IMG/VR virus record: IMGVR_UViG_3300033076_000834
Coordinates: 1 to 40,442 of that record
Direction: 5' to 3' (one strand)
DNA length: 40,442 nucleotides
DNA from: a virus
Taxonomy: Duplodnaviria > Caudoviricetes
In this document: piece by piece, positions 10,538 through 19,160 of the stretch
Numbering within the stretch: the first letter of the stretch is position 1
Layout: each line of letters begins with the position of its first letter
The notes under the pieces: generated by a model
What the model saw: the letters and a program-made list of their open reading frames with translations, nothing else
What the model was told of the DNA's origin: nothing
Database searches by the model: none
Position numbers and translations under genes: made by a program

Positions 10538-11103
10538 AAGTAACAATACATCAACCAGAACATTTTCCCTATCTAGGGTTTTTTCAAAAAATGAGTTCAG
10601 CTGATATGTTTGTAATACTAGATGATGCTCAATACACTAAAGAAAATTTCCAGAATAGAAATAAGTTCTTGAATAAAAATGGAGTTGAAGAATACTTCAC
10701 TATAGAACTAGAACAAGGTGCTAATAAAAAACTAATTAAGGACGTTTTAGTAAACGATAAAACTAAATGGCGCTCTAAGATATTAGCTAAATTACAAACT
10801 AATTTTAAGGTTGATTTAAGTGAAATTTATCAATATGATAAGTTAATTGATATCAATATGGCGTCAATTAATTACTGTAGAGAAAAATTAGGTATAATTA
10901 CACCTATGGTGTTTAGTTCTGAATTAAATATTAATACTACTCGTTCACAACGTTTAGCTGATATATGTAAGCATTTTAATGCTACAGAATATATTAGTGG
11001 AGGTGGAGGTAGAGCTTATTTAGATGAAAGTTTATTTGATTGTCCTGTATCTTATTTCCATCCTGAAGTACCTAACTACTATACAACACTACAACATATA
11101 TGA
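10534..11103 (+). CDS. WbqC family protein
   Basis: IHQPEHFPYLGFFQK...FVILDDAQY...NRN, YISGGGGRAYL. Confidence 0.88.
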   Translation: MKVTIHQPEHFPYLGFFQKMSSADMFVILDDAQYTKENFQNRNKFLNKNGVEEYFTIELEQGANKKLIKDVLVNDKTKWRSKILAKLQTNFKVDLSEIYQYDKLIDINMASINYCREKLGIITPMVFSSELNINTTRSQRLADICKHFNATEYISGGGGRAYLDESLFDCPVSYFHPEVPNYYTTLQHI

Positions 11104-12062
11104 ATTTCTTTTTAACAGAATTAGGATTTGAAGGCAAATTAACTTTTAATCATACTAACTTAAGAGCAGCTGAGACTTGGATTAAGTATTTAGACGCTTA
11201 TCACCTTAATATATATAATGTTTTACTTGGTAGAATGAAATATCAAGGTGATGCTTGGGTTATTATACCTAAAGGTAAAGACGCTGTTGAAAGATTATCT
11301 AAACAAAATGTAGTTGAGGATTTAAAAAGTAAATTTAATAAAGTATATTGTATCCAAGAAGGTGAAACAACATTTTTTAACCAATACGATGTTGCTACTC
11401 AGGTTTGGATGTATAATCAATTCGCTGAGGCAGATAAAATATATACTCAAAACCAATATGATCTAAAATGGCTTAAAGGATTATATGGGCCAAATAAAAA
11501 ATATGGAATACTACTTCCAGTAATGGATGAGTCAGTTTTAGATAAAAATAATTTTGCTCCTAAAGCAGATAAAACTATTATATCAGGTCCATTTATACAT
11601 GATTATAATGGTTTAGCTAATACAATAGTGGCTCAACAGTTTGATAATGAAATTAATATTCCACCTATGGCTTCAAGTAGAATGCCTGCTGATTCTTATA
11701 TTATGCAAGACGCTATTGGAGTTAAGTATTTAAATTACATGATGTGGAAGGAATGGATTGAGAACTTAGCTCAATATAAGTATGGATTATTTTTGGTACC
11801 GTCCGTAGGGGCAGCTACATTTCCTTTGAATTGCGCTTACCATGGTATACCTTGTATTGGAACTAATAAAGCAGAAACACAAACTAAATTATTTCCATTA
11901 TTAAGTGTTGACTATCAAGATTTAGAATCAGCAGTTGAGTTAGCTAAGGAATTAAAAAATAATGAAACGTTTTATAATACAGTTTCAGAGTATGCTTTAG
12001 AGATAATTAAAACTGAATTTAGTAAAGATAAATTTTTAGAAACAGCTTATAAAGATTTTTAA
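11100..12062 (+). CDS. putative GT-B glycosyltransferase-like protein
   Basis: C-terminal AATFPLNCAYHGIPCIG resembles the GT-B donor-binding segment; lies inside the glycan cluster. Confidence 0.5.
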   Translation: MNFFLTELGFEGKLTFNHTNLRAAETWIKYLDAYHLNIYNVLLGRMKYQGDAWVIIPKGKDAVERLSKQNVVEDLKSKFNKVYCIQEGETTFFNQYDVATQVWMYNQFAEADKIYTQNQYDLKWLKGLYGPNKKYGILLPVMDESVLDKNNFAPKADKTIISGPFIHDYNGLANTIVAQQFDNEINIPPMASSRMPADSYIMQDAIGVKYLNYMMWKEWIENLAQYKYGLFLVPSVGAATFPLNCAYHGIPCIGTNKAETQTKLFPLLSVDYQDLESAVELAKELKNNETFYNTVSEYALEIIKTEFSKDKFLETAYKDF

Positions 12063-12063
12063 T

Positions 12064-12900
12064 ATGAATATATTAGTAACAGGAGGAGCAGGGTTTGTAG
12101 GTACTAACTTAATAAAACGATTATTAGAATTAGGACATACAGTTACCTCATATGATAATTACAATACAGGTTTAACATCAAACCATCAAGAAGGTGCTTT
12201 ATATAAAAAAAGAGATATCACTGAATGTGAAATTGAAGATGGATTTGATTTAGTATATCATTTAGCTGCTATAGCTAGGATACAGCCATCGTTTAATAAA
12301 CCAGGTGAATATTTTTTAACTAACGCTTATGGCTCATTAAGAATAGCTAAGTACTGTGTTGACAAGAATATTCCATTAGTATACGCAGGCAGTAGCTCAC
12401 ATCACTCAGGTAAATTTAAAAACCCATATACGTTTAGTAAAGATGTAGGTGAGGAAACAATTCAATTATTTCAAGAACAATATGGTTTAAAAGCAACTGT
12501 AGCTAGATTTTATAACGTGTATGGTCCTTATCATTTAAAACAAGGTGGCTATTGTACTTTAATAGGTACTTGGGAAGCAGCTATTGAACGAGGTGAATTA
12601 TTAACTATATATGGAGATGGAAGTAAACGTAGAGATTTTACTCATGTAGATGATATTGTTGACGCATTGATATTAATTAATGAAAAACAATTATGGGGTA
12701 AAGTATTAGAATTAGGTAGAGGAAAAAATTACTCAGTATTAGAAATAGCTAAAATGTTTAATAAACCATATGTGTTTGCAAATGATAAACCAGGTGAGGC
12801 TCAAGAAACATTATGTGCTGATACTTTAGCTAAAGATTTATTGAATTGGTACCCTGAAAGAAGTATTGAAGATTATATTAAAAATTATTTAAATGGATAA
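12064..12900 (+). CDS. NAD-dependent nucleotide-sugar epimerase/dehydratase (extended SDR)
   Basis: TGGAGFVG, HLAA, YTFSK (YxxxK), RFYNVYGP, RDFTHVDD. Confidence 0.93.
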   Translation: MNILVTGGAGFVGTNLIKRLLELGHTVTSYDNYNTGLTSNHQEGALYKKRDITECEIEDGFDLVYHLAAIARIQPSFNKPGEYFLTNAYGSLRIAKYCVDKNIPLVYAGSSSHHSGKFKNPYTFSKDVGEETIQLFQEQYGLKATVARFYNVYGPYHLKQGGYCTLIGTWEAAIERGELLTIYGDGSKRRDFTHVDDIVDALILINEKQLWGKVLELGRGKNYSVLEIAKMFNKPYVFANDKPGEAQETLCADTLAKDLLNWYPERSIEDYIKNYLNG

Positions 12901-14071
12901 AATAACATTTGTATTACCTAGTAGAAACAATTTAGAGTTTTTAAAACTAGCTTATACATCAATTCGTAATTTAGAAACTAAACATGAAGTATTAGTTTTA
13001 GATGACGCTAGTACAGATGGTACTCAAGAATGGATTACATCATTAAACGATGAAGACCTAATTACATATCATAATCCAGGTCCAGAGCGAATTGGTATTG
13101 TAGGTATGTTTGATAAAGGAATTGAAATGGCTAAAACAGAAATCATATTCGCATTCCATGCTGATATGGTAGCGTGTAAAGACCTAGATAAAAACATTTT
13201 AAAACATTTAAAACCAGGGACAGTAGTTAGTGCTACAAGAGTTGAACCACCATTACATCCAGCTGGAGTAGAGAAGATAACTGTTGATTTTGGAATCGAA
13301 GCTGAACAATTTAGTTTTGATAAATGGTATAACGAGAGTGAAGCATTAAAACAAGATAAAACAACTGAAGGTATATTTGCACCATGGTGTATGTATAAAT
13401 CAGATTACTTAGCTATAGGAGGACATGATGAGTTATTTGCTCCTCAGTCTAAAGAAGATAGTGATTTATTTAATCGTTTTGTTTTAAAAGGATATCAAAT
13501 AATTCAAAGTTGGGATGGTTTAGTTTATCATTTTACTTCTAGAGGTAGTAGATTTAATAAACATGCTGGTGGTAGTGCAGGTAATAATAGTAAAGAATGG
13601 CTTTACACTACAAATAAAAATGCTAGAAACTTTATTCGCAAATGGGGACATTTTGTTAAGCATGATGCTTATATGAAACCAATTATACCTCATAAGTATA
13701 ATATTGGGTTTGTAGTTAATAATTGTAACTTACAATTAATGGCTGCTTTAGAACCATGGTGTAGTACTTTATATACTGATGATGAAATGGGAGTATTAGA
13801 AGCTGCTTATTATGAAAATGAACAACCACATACTAAAATTGATGTTATAAGTAAACTTAAAATAATAAAACACACTATACCTAATAATGGTATTGTAGTT
13901 GAATTTGATGGTAAAGCATTAACTCAAGAATCATTTAACATACTAACTCAGTTACCTGAAATAATAGCTGACTCAGGTGAGTTAGGAACATTTGAATTAG
14001 ATATATTTAAGATTACTATTAATAACTTAGATACCTATGAAAATGATTTAATTCATATTTATAACAAATAA
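12893..14071 (+). CDS. glycosyltransferase family 2 with C-terminal extension
   Basis: FVLPSRN, LDDASTDGT, HADM, GGHDELF, EDSD. Confidence 0.9.
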   Translation: MDKITFVLPSRNNLEFLKLAYTSIRNLETKHEVLVLDDASTDGTQEWITSLNDEDLITYHNPGPERIGIVGMFDKGIEMAKTEIIFAFHADMVACKDLDKNILKHLKPGTVVSATRVEPPLHPAGVEKITVDFGIEAEQFSFDKWYNESEALKQDKTTEGIFAPWCMYKSDYLAIGGHDELFAPQSKEDSDLFNRFVLKGYQIIQSWDGLVYHFTSRGSRFNKHAGGSAGNNSKEWLYTTNKNARNFIRKWGHFVKHDAYMKPIIPHKYNIGFVVNNCNLQLMAALEPWCSTLYTDDEMGVLEAAYYENEQPHTKIDVISKLKIIKHTIPNNGIVVEFDGKALTQESFNILTQLPEIIADSGELGTFELDIFKITINNLDTYENDLIHIYNK

Positions 14072-14076
14072 TAGGT

Positions 14077-14397
14077 ATGGCTAAGAAATCAGTTAGAAAG
14101 ATACCAAGAATGGTCTTGTCAGTTAAAGGTGAGGGTAATCCTGATCCTGAATTGCTAAGTAAAAATGAAGTGTTTGCTGAGGCTGTTTATAAAGAAGCAG
14201 TTGAGGGTATTAAAGATGCTATTAAAAGTAAATCTAGTACAGCGGTATTATTTGAAGTAGGAGTAAGTGAATTTTATGTTCAAATAGAAAAACGAGATTG
14301 GAAGTCAGCTTTACAAACCTGTTTAAATAGACTTATAGATAAAGAACAATATGAAGAATGTATTGGTATCCAAGACATAATAAATAAAATAAAATAA
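14077..14397 (+). CDS. hypothetical protein (paralog of 17363..17671)
   Basis: Shares W..[AS]L.TCL......[YF]EECI.IQ with the 17363 ORF. Confidence 0.7.
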   Translation: MAKKSVRKIPRMVLSVKGEGNPDPELLSKNEVFAEAVYKEAVEGIKDAIKSKSSTAVLFEVGVSEFYVQIEKRDWKSALQTCLNRLIDKEQYEECIGIQDIINKIK

Positions 14398-14401
14398 CAG
14401 A

Positions 14402-14806
14402 ATGGAAAGTTATGATGAAATAAAGAAAGCAGTTGATCAATTATTATCTATTAATTCAACTGTTAAACGAAAGAAAAAAGCATACTTAGATAAACAAAAA
14501 GATTTATTTACAAGTATCATAATGGCAATGCAAGCCACTCAAGTTAGAACTAATTTAGTTAATAGTGAGTTAAAAGTAGATTTCTCTACTTATGATGAAA
14601 TGTATTTACAGATTATAGATTCACTTATATTACTTCACTTTGGTAAAGAAGGATTTGAAGTAATTAATTTCTATTTATATGATAAATTTAATCTAGATGG
14701 AAGTGTAAATGAATTATTTGATGATGAAGATAAAGTAGTTCCATCTGAGACACCTGAGGATATTTGGAATATATTAGTTAAACTGAAGAAGGATAATGAA
14801 AAATAA
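14402..14806 (+). CDS. hypothetical protein
   Basis: 134-aa ORF in operon-like packing. Confidence 0.7.
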   Translation: MESYDEIKKAVDQLLSINSTVKRKKKAYLDKQKDLFTSIIMAMQATQVRTNLVNSELKVDFSTYDEMYLQIIDSLILLHFGKEGFEVINFYLYDKFNLDGSVNELFDDEDKVVPSETPEDIWNILVKLKKDNEK

Positions 14807-14809
14807 GTT

Positions 14810-15439
14810 ATGCTACCAAAACCATTACTCAAGTCTGATATAGAAAGAGCAATGGCGATGACTAAAAGTAATCGCGCTGCTGCTAGATATTTACATTGTA
14901 GTTATATTCACTATAAAAAGTGGGCTAAAAACTATACTGATGATAATGGCATAGTATTATTTGATAAGCATAAAAACCAATCAGGTAAAGGTATAGCTAA
15001 GTTCTTAACTAACAAAGGTAAAGAACCAGCTCTAAAAGATATAATTGAAGGTAGAGTACCTATTGACTCATACACCCCTGAAAAATTAAAGAACAGATTA
15101 ATACAAGAAAGTTATTTACAAGAATGTTGTAATAAATGTCAGTTCCAAGAACGTAGAGTGTCTGATTATAAGGTACCATTAATACTTAATTTTAAAGACG
15201 GTAATAAGAAAAATTGGTCACTTGATAACTTAGAGTTACTTTGTTATAACCATTACTTTCTATACGTTGGTAATATCTTCACTAACAAACAAATACAACA
15301 CATAGAAGATTATAACCCATCTACATTCCAGTCTAAAGTTGATTGGGAAATGGATGACCACTTCAAAGAACATTTACAACAACTAGGTATAGTTGATGAC
15401 GACCATGAACCAGGTTCAGAATTTATTTCTAAGGTCTGA
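14810..15439 (+). CDS. HTH + HNH-like protein with degenerate catalytic motif
   Basis: SNRAAARYL HTH-like segment; CNKC...PLILNFKDGNKKNWSLDNLELLCYNH. Confidence 0.7.
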   Translation: MLPKPLLKSDIERAMAMTKSNRAAARYLHCSYIHYKKWAKNYTDDNGIVLFDKHKNQSGKGIAKFLTNKGKEPALKDIIEGRVPIDSYTPEKLKNRLIQESYLQECCNKCQFQERRVSDYKVPLILNFKDGNKKNWSLDNLELLCYNHYFLYVGNIFTNKQIQHIEDYNPSTFQSKVDWEMDDHFKEHLQQLGIVDDDHEPGSEFISKV

Positions 15440-15462
15440 CCGTAACTAATAACTTATATTTA
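15437..15462 (+). promoter_or_regulatory. early-type promoter TGACC-N13-TATATTTA
   Basis: Exact motif; its TGA is the upstream stop codon. Confidence 0.75.
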
Positions 15463-15481
15463 TTATATAAAAATTTAGGTT

Positions 15482-15910
15482 ATGTTATACGATGTGAATA
15501 TTGTTTACGACAATGGACAGACCACGAATGAAATTATTCATTCAAACACACCTCCATCATTTTATCCTAAACGCGATAATATTAAATCAGTAATAGCACG
15601 TGTCCACAAATACGAAGTGGAAGGTTCATTTCATCCTGGACTGCATACAGCTAGTGATGGTAAAAAGTATATTATACCTAAATGGATTGAAGTACACCCA
15701 GAAACAACTTACGATGATGTAGTTTGGGTACAACCAAAGCAGAAAAAAGTAATTGAACATATACAAGGTTCAGTTGGTATGTATAAAACTATGTTCGATC
15801 CAAATAAAAATAAATATACTTGTTCATGTATGGGGTTCTGGAGAAGTAAAGGTAATTGTAAACATGTGATTGCACTTAAAGAAAAACATTTGGATGCCAA
15901 GTCAAAATAA
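15482..15910 (+). CDS. SWIM zinc-finger protein
   Basis: YTCSCMGFWRSKGNCKHV (CxC...CxH). Confidence 0.8.
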   Translation: MLYDVNIVYDNGQTTNEIIHSNTPPSFYPKRDNIKSVIARVHKYEVEGSFHPGLHTASDGKKYIIPKWIEVHPETTYDDVVWVQPKQKKVIEHIQGSVGMYKTMFDPNKNKYTCSCMGFWRSKGNCKHVIALKEKHLDAKSK

Positions 15911-15920
15911 ATTATATTCA
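15889..15920 (+). promoter_or_regulatory. Bacteroidota-type promoter (TTTG-N20-TATATTCA)
   Basis: Same spacing as the 3806 site; ends 4 nt before ATG 15925. Confidence 0.4.
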
Positions 15921-15924
15921 AAGT

Positions 15925-16218
15925 ATGAAAAAAGAAAGTAAAGAAATTTATCTAGGTGGGGGTAATAATATGATAATGAATACCTCTAAATTAGTTACAT
16001 GTCATGAGACATTGACTCTAGTAGTAAACGGTACAGGAGGTATACCTTTAGATATAAAGATTCAAGCCGATTTCGATACTGTACCTGAAAAATATCATGA
16101 AGTGTTTTTAAACATGATGGCTGCTAAGTATATGAAAGCAGTATCTTTCGGAGATAATCCATTTAGTCAATGTCTGCCAACACCTAAGAAACGTTGGTAT
16201 CAATTTTGGAAAAAATAA
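15925..16218 (+). CDS. hypothetical protein
   Basis: 97-aa ORF ending KKRWYQFWKK. Confidence 0.65.
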   Translation: MKKESKEIYLGGGNNMIMNTSKLVTCHETLTLVVNGTGGIPLDIKIQADFDTVPEKYHEVFLNMMAAKYMKAVSFGDNPFSQCLPTPKKRWYQFWKK

Positions 16219-16227
16219 AATTAATAT

Positions 16228-16485
16228 ATGTTAACAATTAAGTATTTTACAGCATCATGGTGTGGCCCATGTAAAGCATTTGGCCCAGTATTTGATCAAG
16301 TGATGAGTGAGACAGGAACTAATTATCAAAAAATAGATGCTGACGATAATAGAGAAATATTAACTCAATATGGAGTATCATCTGTACCCACTATTGTATT
16401 TGAAGTATCAAATGAAGTTGTATTCCGTCAAACAGGAGTAATGAGTCGTGGCCAGTTGATTAGTACTATTCAAAGATTTAGTTAG
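16228..16485 (+). CDS. thioredoxin
   Basis: WCGPC active site, SVPT cis-Pro loop. Confidence 0.93.
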   Translation: MLTIKYFTASWCGPCKAFGPVFDQVMSETGTNYQKIDADDNREILTQYGVSSVPTIVFEVSNEVVFRQTGVMSRGQLISTIQRFS

Positions 16486-16487
16486 GG

Positions 16488-16513
16488 TGACCTCGGTTTT
16501 GGATGTAAATTTA
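16488..16513 (+). promoter_or_regulatory. early-type promoter TGACC-N13-TAAATTTA
   Basis: Exact motif 2 nt after the thioredoxin stop. Confidence 0.78.
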
Positions 16514-16536
16514 TTGTATAATAAAAATAAAAAGTT

Positions 16537-17319
16537 ATGAATATGTTTACAGAAATGACCATGGAGCAAGTCAAAAAATCAGCTCCAACTGTTTTTCAAA
16601 CTGAACACAAATCACACTTAAGTGAGAATTATGTTCACATTCCAACTAATAAAGTAGTTGAAGACATGATCGCGTTAGGTTGGAAACCATGTCAAGCGGT
16701 TGAGGTAAAAGCTCGCGCTAAGAAGAATATTGGTTATCAACGTCACATGGTTAAGTTCTTCAATCCAGATATTGTTATTGAGGGTTCTGATGGTGATAAT
16801 GTATTTCCACAGATATTATTAACAAATAGCCATGACGGTTTGAGTTCATTTAAGTTTCAAATTGGGTTATTTAGATTAGTATGTTCTAATGGATTAGTAG
16901 TTTGTGATACCAATTATGGTGATTTTAAATTACGTCACATGGGTTATACATTTGAGGAATTGCAAACTAAAGTAAGTGAAGCGGTTGAATCGTTTCCAGG
17001 GTTAGTTGAGAAAATTAACAAGTTGCAAAGTGTTGAACTAAATGATAAACAAATCGCTACGTTCACTAAGAAAGCAGCTGAGATACGTTTCGGTGAAGGT
17101 GTTAAAGTGAATTTAGATGAGTTATTAGTGCCTGAACGTTTAGCTGATGAGGGTAGTAACTTATGGGTTGTGTTCAATAGGGTTCAAGAAAAACTAATTG
17201 GTGGAGGATGTAGTTATACATCAGGTACTAAGATTAGAAAAGCTAGAGCCATTAAGAACTTTAACCAGGATTTAAAGATCAATGAACAACTTTGGGAATT
17301 AGTTGAGGAGTACGCTTAG
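16537..17319 (+). CDS. DUF932/DUF945-family protein
   Basis: LLTNSHDGLSSF...GLFRLVCSNG...RH, NLWVVFNRVQE. Confidence 0.85.
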   Translation: MNMFTEMTMEQVKKSAPTVFQTEHKSHLSENYVHIPTNKVVEDMIALGWKPCQAVEVKARAKKNIGYQRHMVKFFNPDIVIEGSDGDNVFPQILLTNSHDGLSSFKFQIGLFRLVCSNGLVVCDTNYGDFKLRHMGYTFEELQTKVSEAVESFPGLVEKINKLQSVELNDKQIATFTKKAAEIRFGEGVKVNLDELLVPERLADEGSNLWVVFNRVQEKLIGGGCSYTSGTKIRKARAIKNFNQDLKINEQLWELVEEYA

Positions 17320-17326
17320 TACTCCT
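17306..17326 (+). terminator. stem-loop over the stop codon
   Basis: AGGAGTAC-gctta-GTACTCCT, perfect 8-bp stem; weak U-tract. Confidence 0.45.
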
Positions 17327-17362
17327 TATAATACCTGAATATTTATATACAAATATGCAACA

Positions 17363-17671
17363 ATGGTATTTGAATTTAATTCAGTTAGTGAGTTTAAGTC
17401 TAAAATTGAAAATAAAGACTTAGAGATATCAACTGAGATATATAAACAAATATCTAAAGCATATAATGATAAACGAAAACGAAGAAAGGTTACAGCGTTC
17501 GTTGCTAAGATAAAAACCGAGGTAATTGAATTTATTTTAGAACGTGATCAATGGGTTGTGTCATTAAATACTTGTTTGCAAGTGTTTGCTCAACATGATA
17601 TGTTTGAGGAATGTATTGAGATTCAAAAAATGATAAAACAACTAGAGCATGAACACGATAGAAATAAATAG
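17363..17671 (+). CDS. hypothetical protein (paralog of 14077..14397)
   Basis: WVVSLNTCL...MFEECIEIQ; preceded by ATATTTATA at 17339. Confidence 0.7.
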   Translation: MVFEFNSVSEFKSKIENKDLEISTEIYKQISKAYNDKRKRRKVTAFVAKIKTEVIEFILERDQWVVSLNTCLQVFAQHDMFEECIEIQKMIKQLEHEHDRNK

Positions 17672-18032
17672 ACAGAACGCAGTTAAGATATATAATTGGT
17701 GTAAAAAACAATTTGGTGTTAGTCCTATAAATGGTACTTATCCAAAGTTAGTATTTCATAGAGTAGGTAAAGATTATGCTGGGTGGTATGATCCATGGAA
17801 AAATGAAATACATGTTTTTAAACAAAAACATAGAACGTTTATGGGGTTCATAGGAACTATAATTCATGAATTTACTCATTATCATCAGAGTATAAAACGT
17901 GAGTACCGTAAATTAGATAAGATTTATTCTTATAAAAATCATCCACACGAACGTGAGGCGAATAAGATAGAGCGAAAGTATAAGTGGATGTGTTATTATG
18001 AAGTTTTCAGCCCGAATGAGGCTATGAAATAA
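17649..18032 (+). CDS. zincin-like metallopeptidase
   Basis: IIHEFTHYHQ (HExxH) and downstream PHEREA. Confidence 0.75.
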   Translation: MNTIEINRQNAVKIYNWCKKQFGVSPINGTYPKLVFHRVGKDYAGWYDPWKNEIHVFKQKHRTFMGFIGTIIHEFTHYHQSIKREYRKLDKIYSYKNHPHEREANKIERKYKWMCYYEVFSPNEAMK

Positions 18033-18063
18033 AGTTTGTGTTCATACTTTTAATTTTTATTAT

Positions 18064-18095
18064 CCCCCTGCGGTTTCTACCGCGGGGGCACTTTT
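18064..18095 (+). terminator. intrinsic terminator
   Basis: CCCCtGCGGT-ttct-ACCGCgGGGG followed by CACTTTT. Confidence 0.75.
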
Positions 18096-18122
18096 GATAA
18101 TATTTATAGAAAATGAATTAAA

Positions 18123-18479
18123 ATGTCCTTTAAAAACCCATTTGAACGTTTTGCTGATAAGATGCTTAAGCAAGATAAGAAAGGACAAGATCTAAAAAAA
18201 TATAGCATCGATCTAAGTAGTGTCTTAGGTGAAGACATTAATCAAGAAGAATTACAACATAATGAGAATAGAAAATTAGTAGGTTTAACTAAAACCTGTC
18301 TAATGAATAAGTTACATTTCTGGATGCGTAAACCAGGAGACCACTCATCACGCATTGCTTATCTTGAAAGAGATATTAAACAAGCAGCTACTATATGTGA
18401 TCGTATTAATAAAAATGCATATAGTAAGGAAGATATTACAGCGTTAAAATCCATACTATCCAAACACAGTTGTGTTTGA
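18123..18479 (+). CDS. hypothetical protein
   Basis: 118-aa ORF preceded by ATATTTATA at 18100. Confidence 0.65.
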   Translation: MSFKNPFERFADKMLKQDKKGQDLKKYSIDLSSVLGEDINQEELQHNENRKLVGLTKTCLMNKLHFWMRKPGDHSSRIAYLERDIKQAATICDRINKNAYSKEDITALKSILSKHSCV

Positions 18480-18480
18480 T

Positions 18481-18506
18481 TGACCGCAACCCCTATACTA
18501 TCTTTA
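18481..18506 (+). promoter_or_regulatory. early-type promoter TGACC-N13-TATCTTTA
   Basis: Exact motif, preceded by TTGAT. Confidence 0.8.
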
Positions 18507-18523
18507 TTATATAATAAGAAAGT

Positions 18524-18610
18524 ATGGAAAACGATTACGAATATTTAATAGAATTAATTGAAGCGGAATTGACCGCGGCTGAGGCTATTATGAGTCAATA
18601 CGATGTTTGA
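18524..18610 (+). CDS. 28-aa acidic peptide (not in ORF track)
   Basis: MENDYEYLIELIEAELTAAEAIMSQYDV*; fills the space between two promoters. Confidence 0.55.
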   Translation: MENDYEYLIELIEAELTAAEAIMSQYDV

Positions 18611-18611
18611 T

Positions 18612-18637
18612 TGACCGCGGTTCGTTTACTAAATTTA
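18612..18637 (+). promoter_or_regulatory. early-type promoter TGACC-N13-TAAATTTA
   Basis: Exact motif, preceded by TTGAT. Confidence 0.8.
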
Positions 18638-18659
18638 GTATATAATAAAAATAAAAGTT

Positions 18660-18905
18660 ATGAGGTTAAGAATTGAAACGTTAAAGAAAATTGAGGCTGA
18701 ATTTGGAGAATTTGATATATCACAGATTATAGGAGGTGATAATGGTCTATATTTAAGATTTGGTTATTGGGAATCAATTGATGCTCAAAAATTACAAGAT
18801 ATTTTAGGTACAAGTATTGTAATAGAAGAAGATAGTGATTATGATGATGACTGTGGTTCTAAGTATATGTACAGATTATTTGATAGTATATTTTATAAAA
18901 AATAA
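18660..18905 (+). CDS. hypothetical protein
   Basis: AAAATAAAAGTT-ATG leader after promoter. Confidence 0.7.
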   Translation: MRLRIETLKKIEAEFGEFDISQIIGGDNGLYLRFGYWESIDAQKLQDILGTSIVIEEDSDYDDDCGSKYMYRLFDSIFYKK

Positions 18906-18918
18906 AAAAATTAAAGTT

Positions 18919-19146
18919 ATGTTTACTAAAGAAGATTTTGAAGAGTATGATGGTCAATATTTTGTAGGCCATGTAGTAGATGTTGATGGCTCACCTTGGG
19001 TGGATGAGGAAACATTAGAATTAATTTTACTAGAATTAAACTCAGGTGTAACTGATAATGTTACGTTTGCAGTTCCAAATAGGCCAGAAGTTGTTTATAC
19101 ACAAATAATGCCTGAAGATAAATTAAATTGGTTGCATTTAAATTAA
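18919..19146 (+). CDS. acidic hypothetical protein
   Basis: Start moved to ATG 18919 (AAAGTT-ATG leader); about 16 D/E vs 3 K/R in 75 aa. Confidence 0.65.
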   Translation: MFTKEDFEEYDGQYFVGHVVDVDGSPWVDEETLELILLELNSGVTDNVTFAVPNRPEVVYTQIMPEDKLNWLHLN

Positions 19147-19160
19147 TAAAAATAAAAGTT

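Noticed and set aside
14810-15439. Mobile homing endonuclease or intron
   Set aside because: Catalytic motif is degenerate and no interrupted gene or intron structure flanks it
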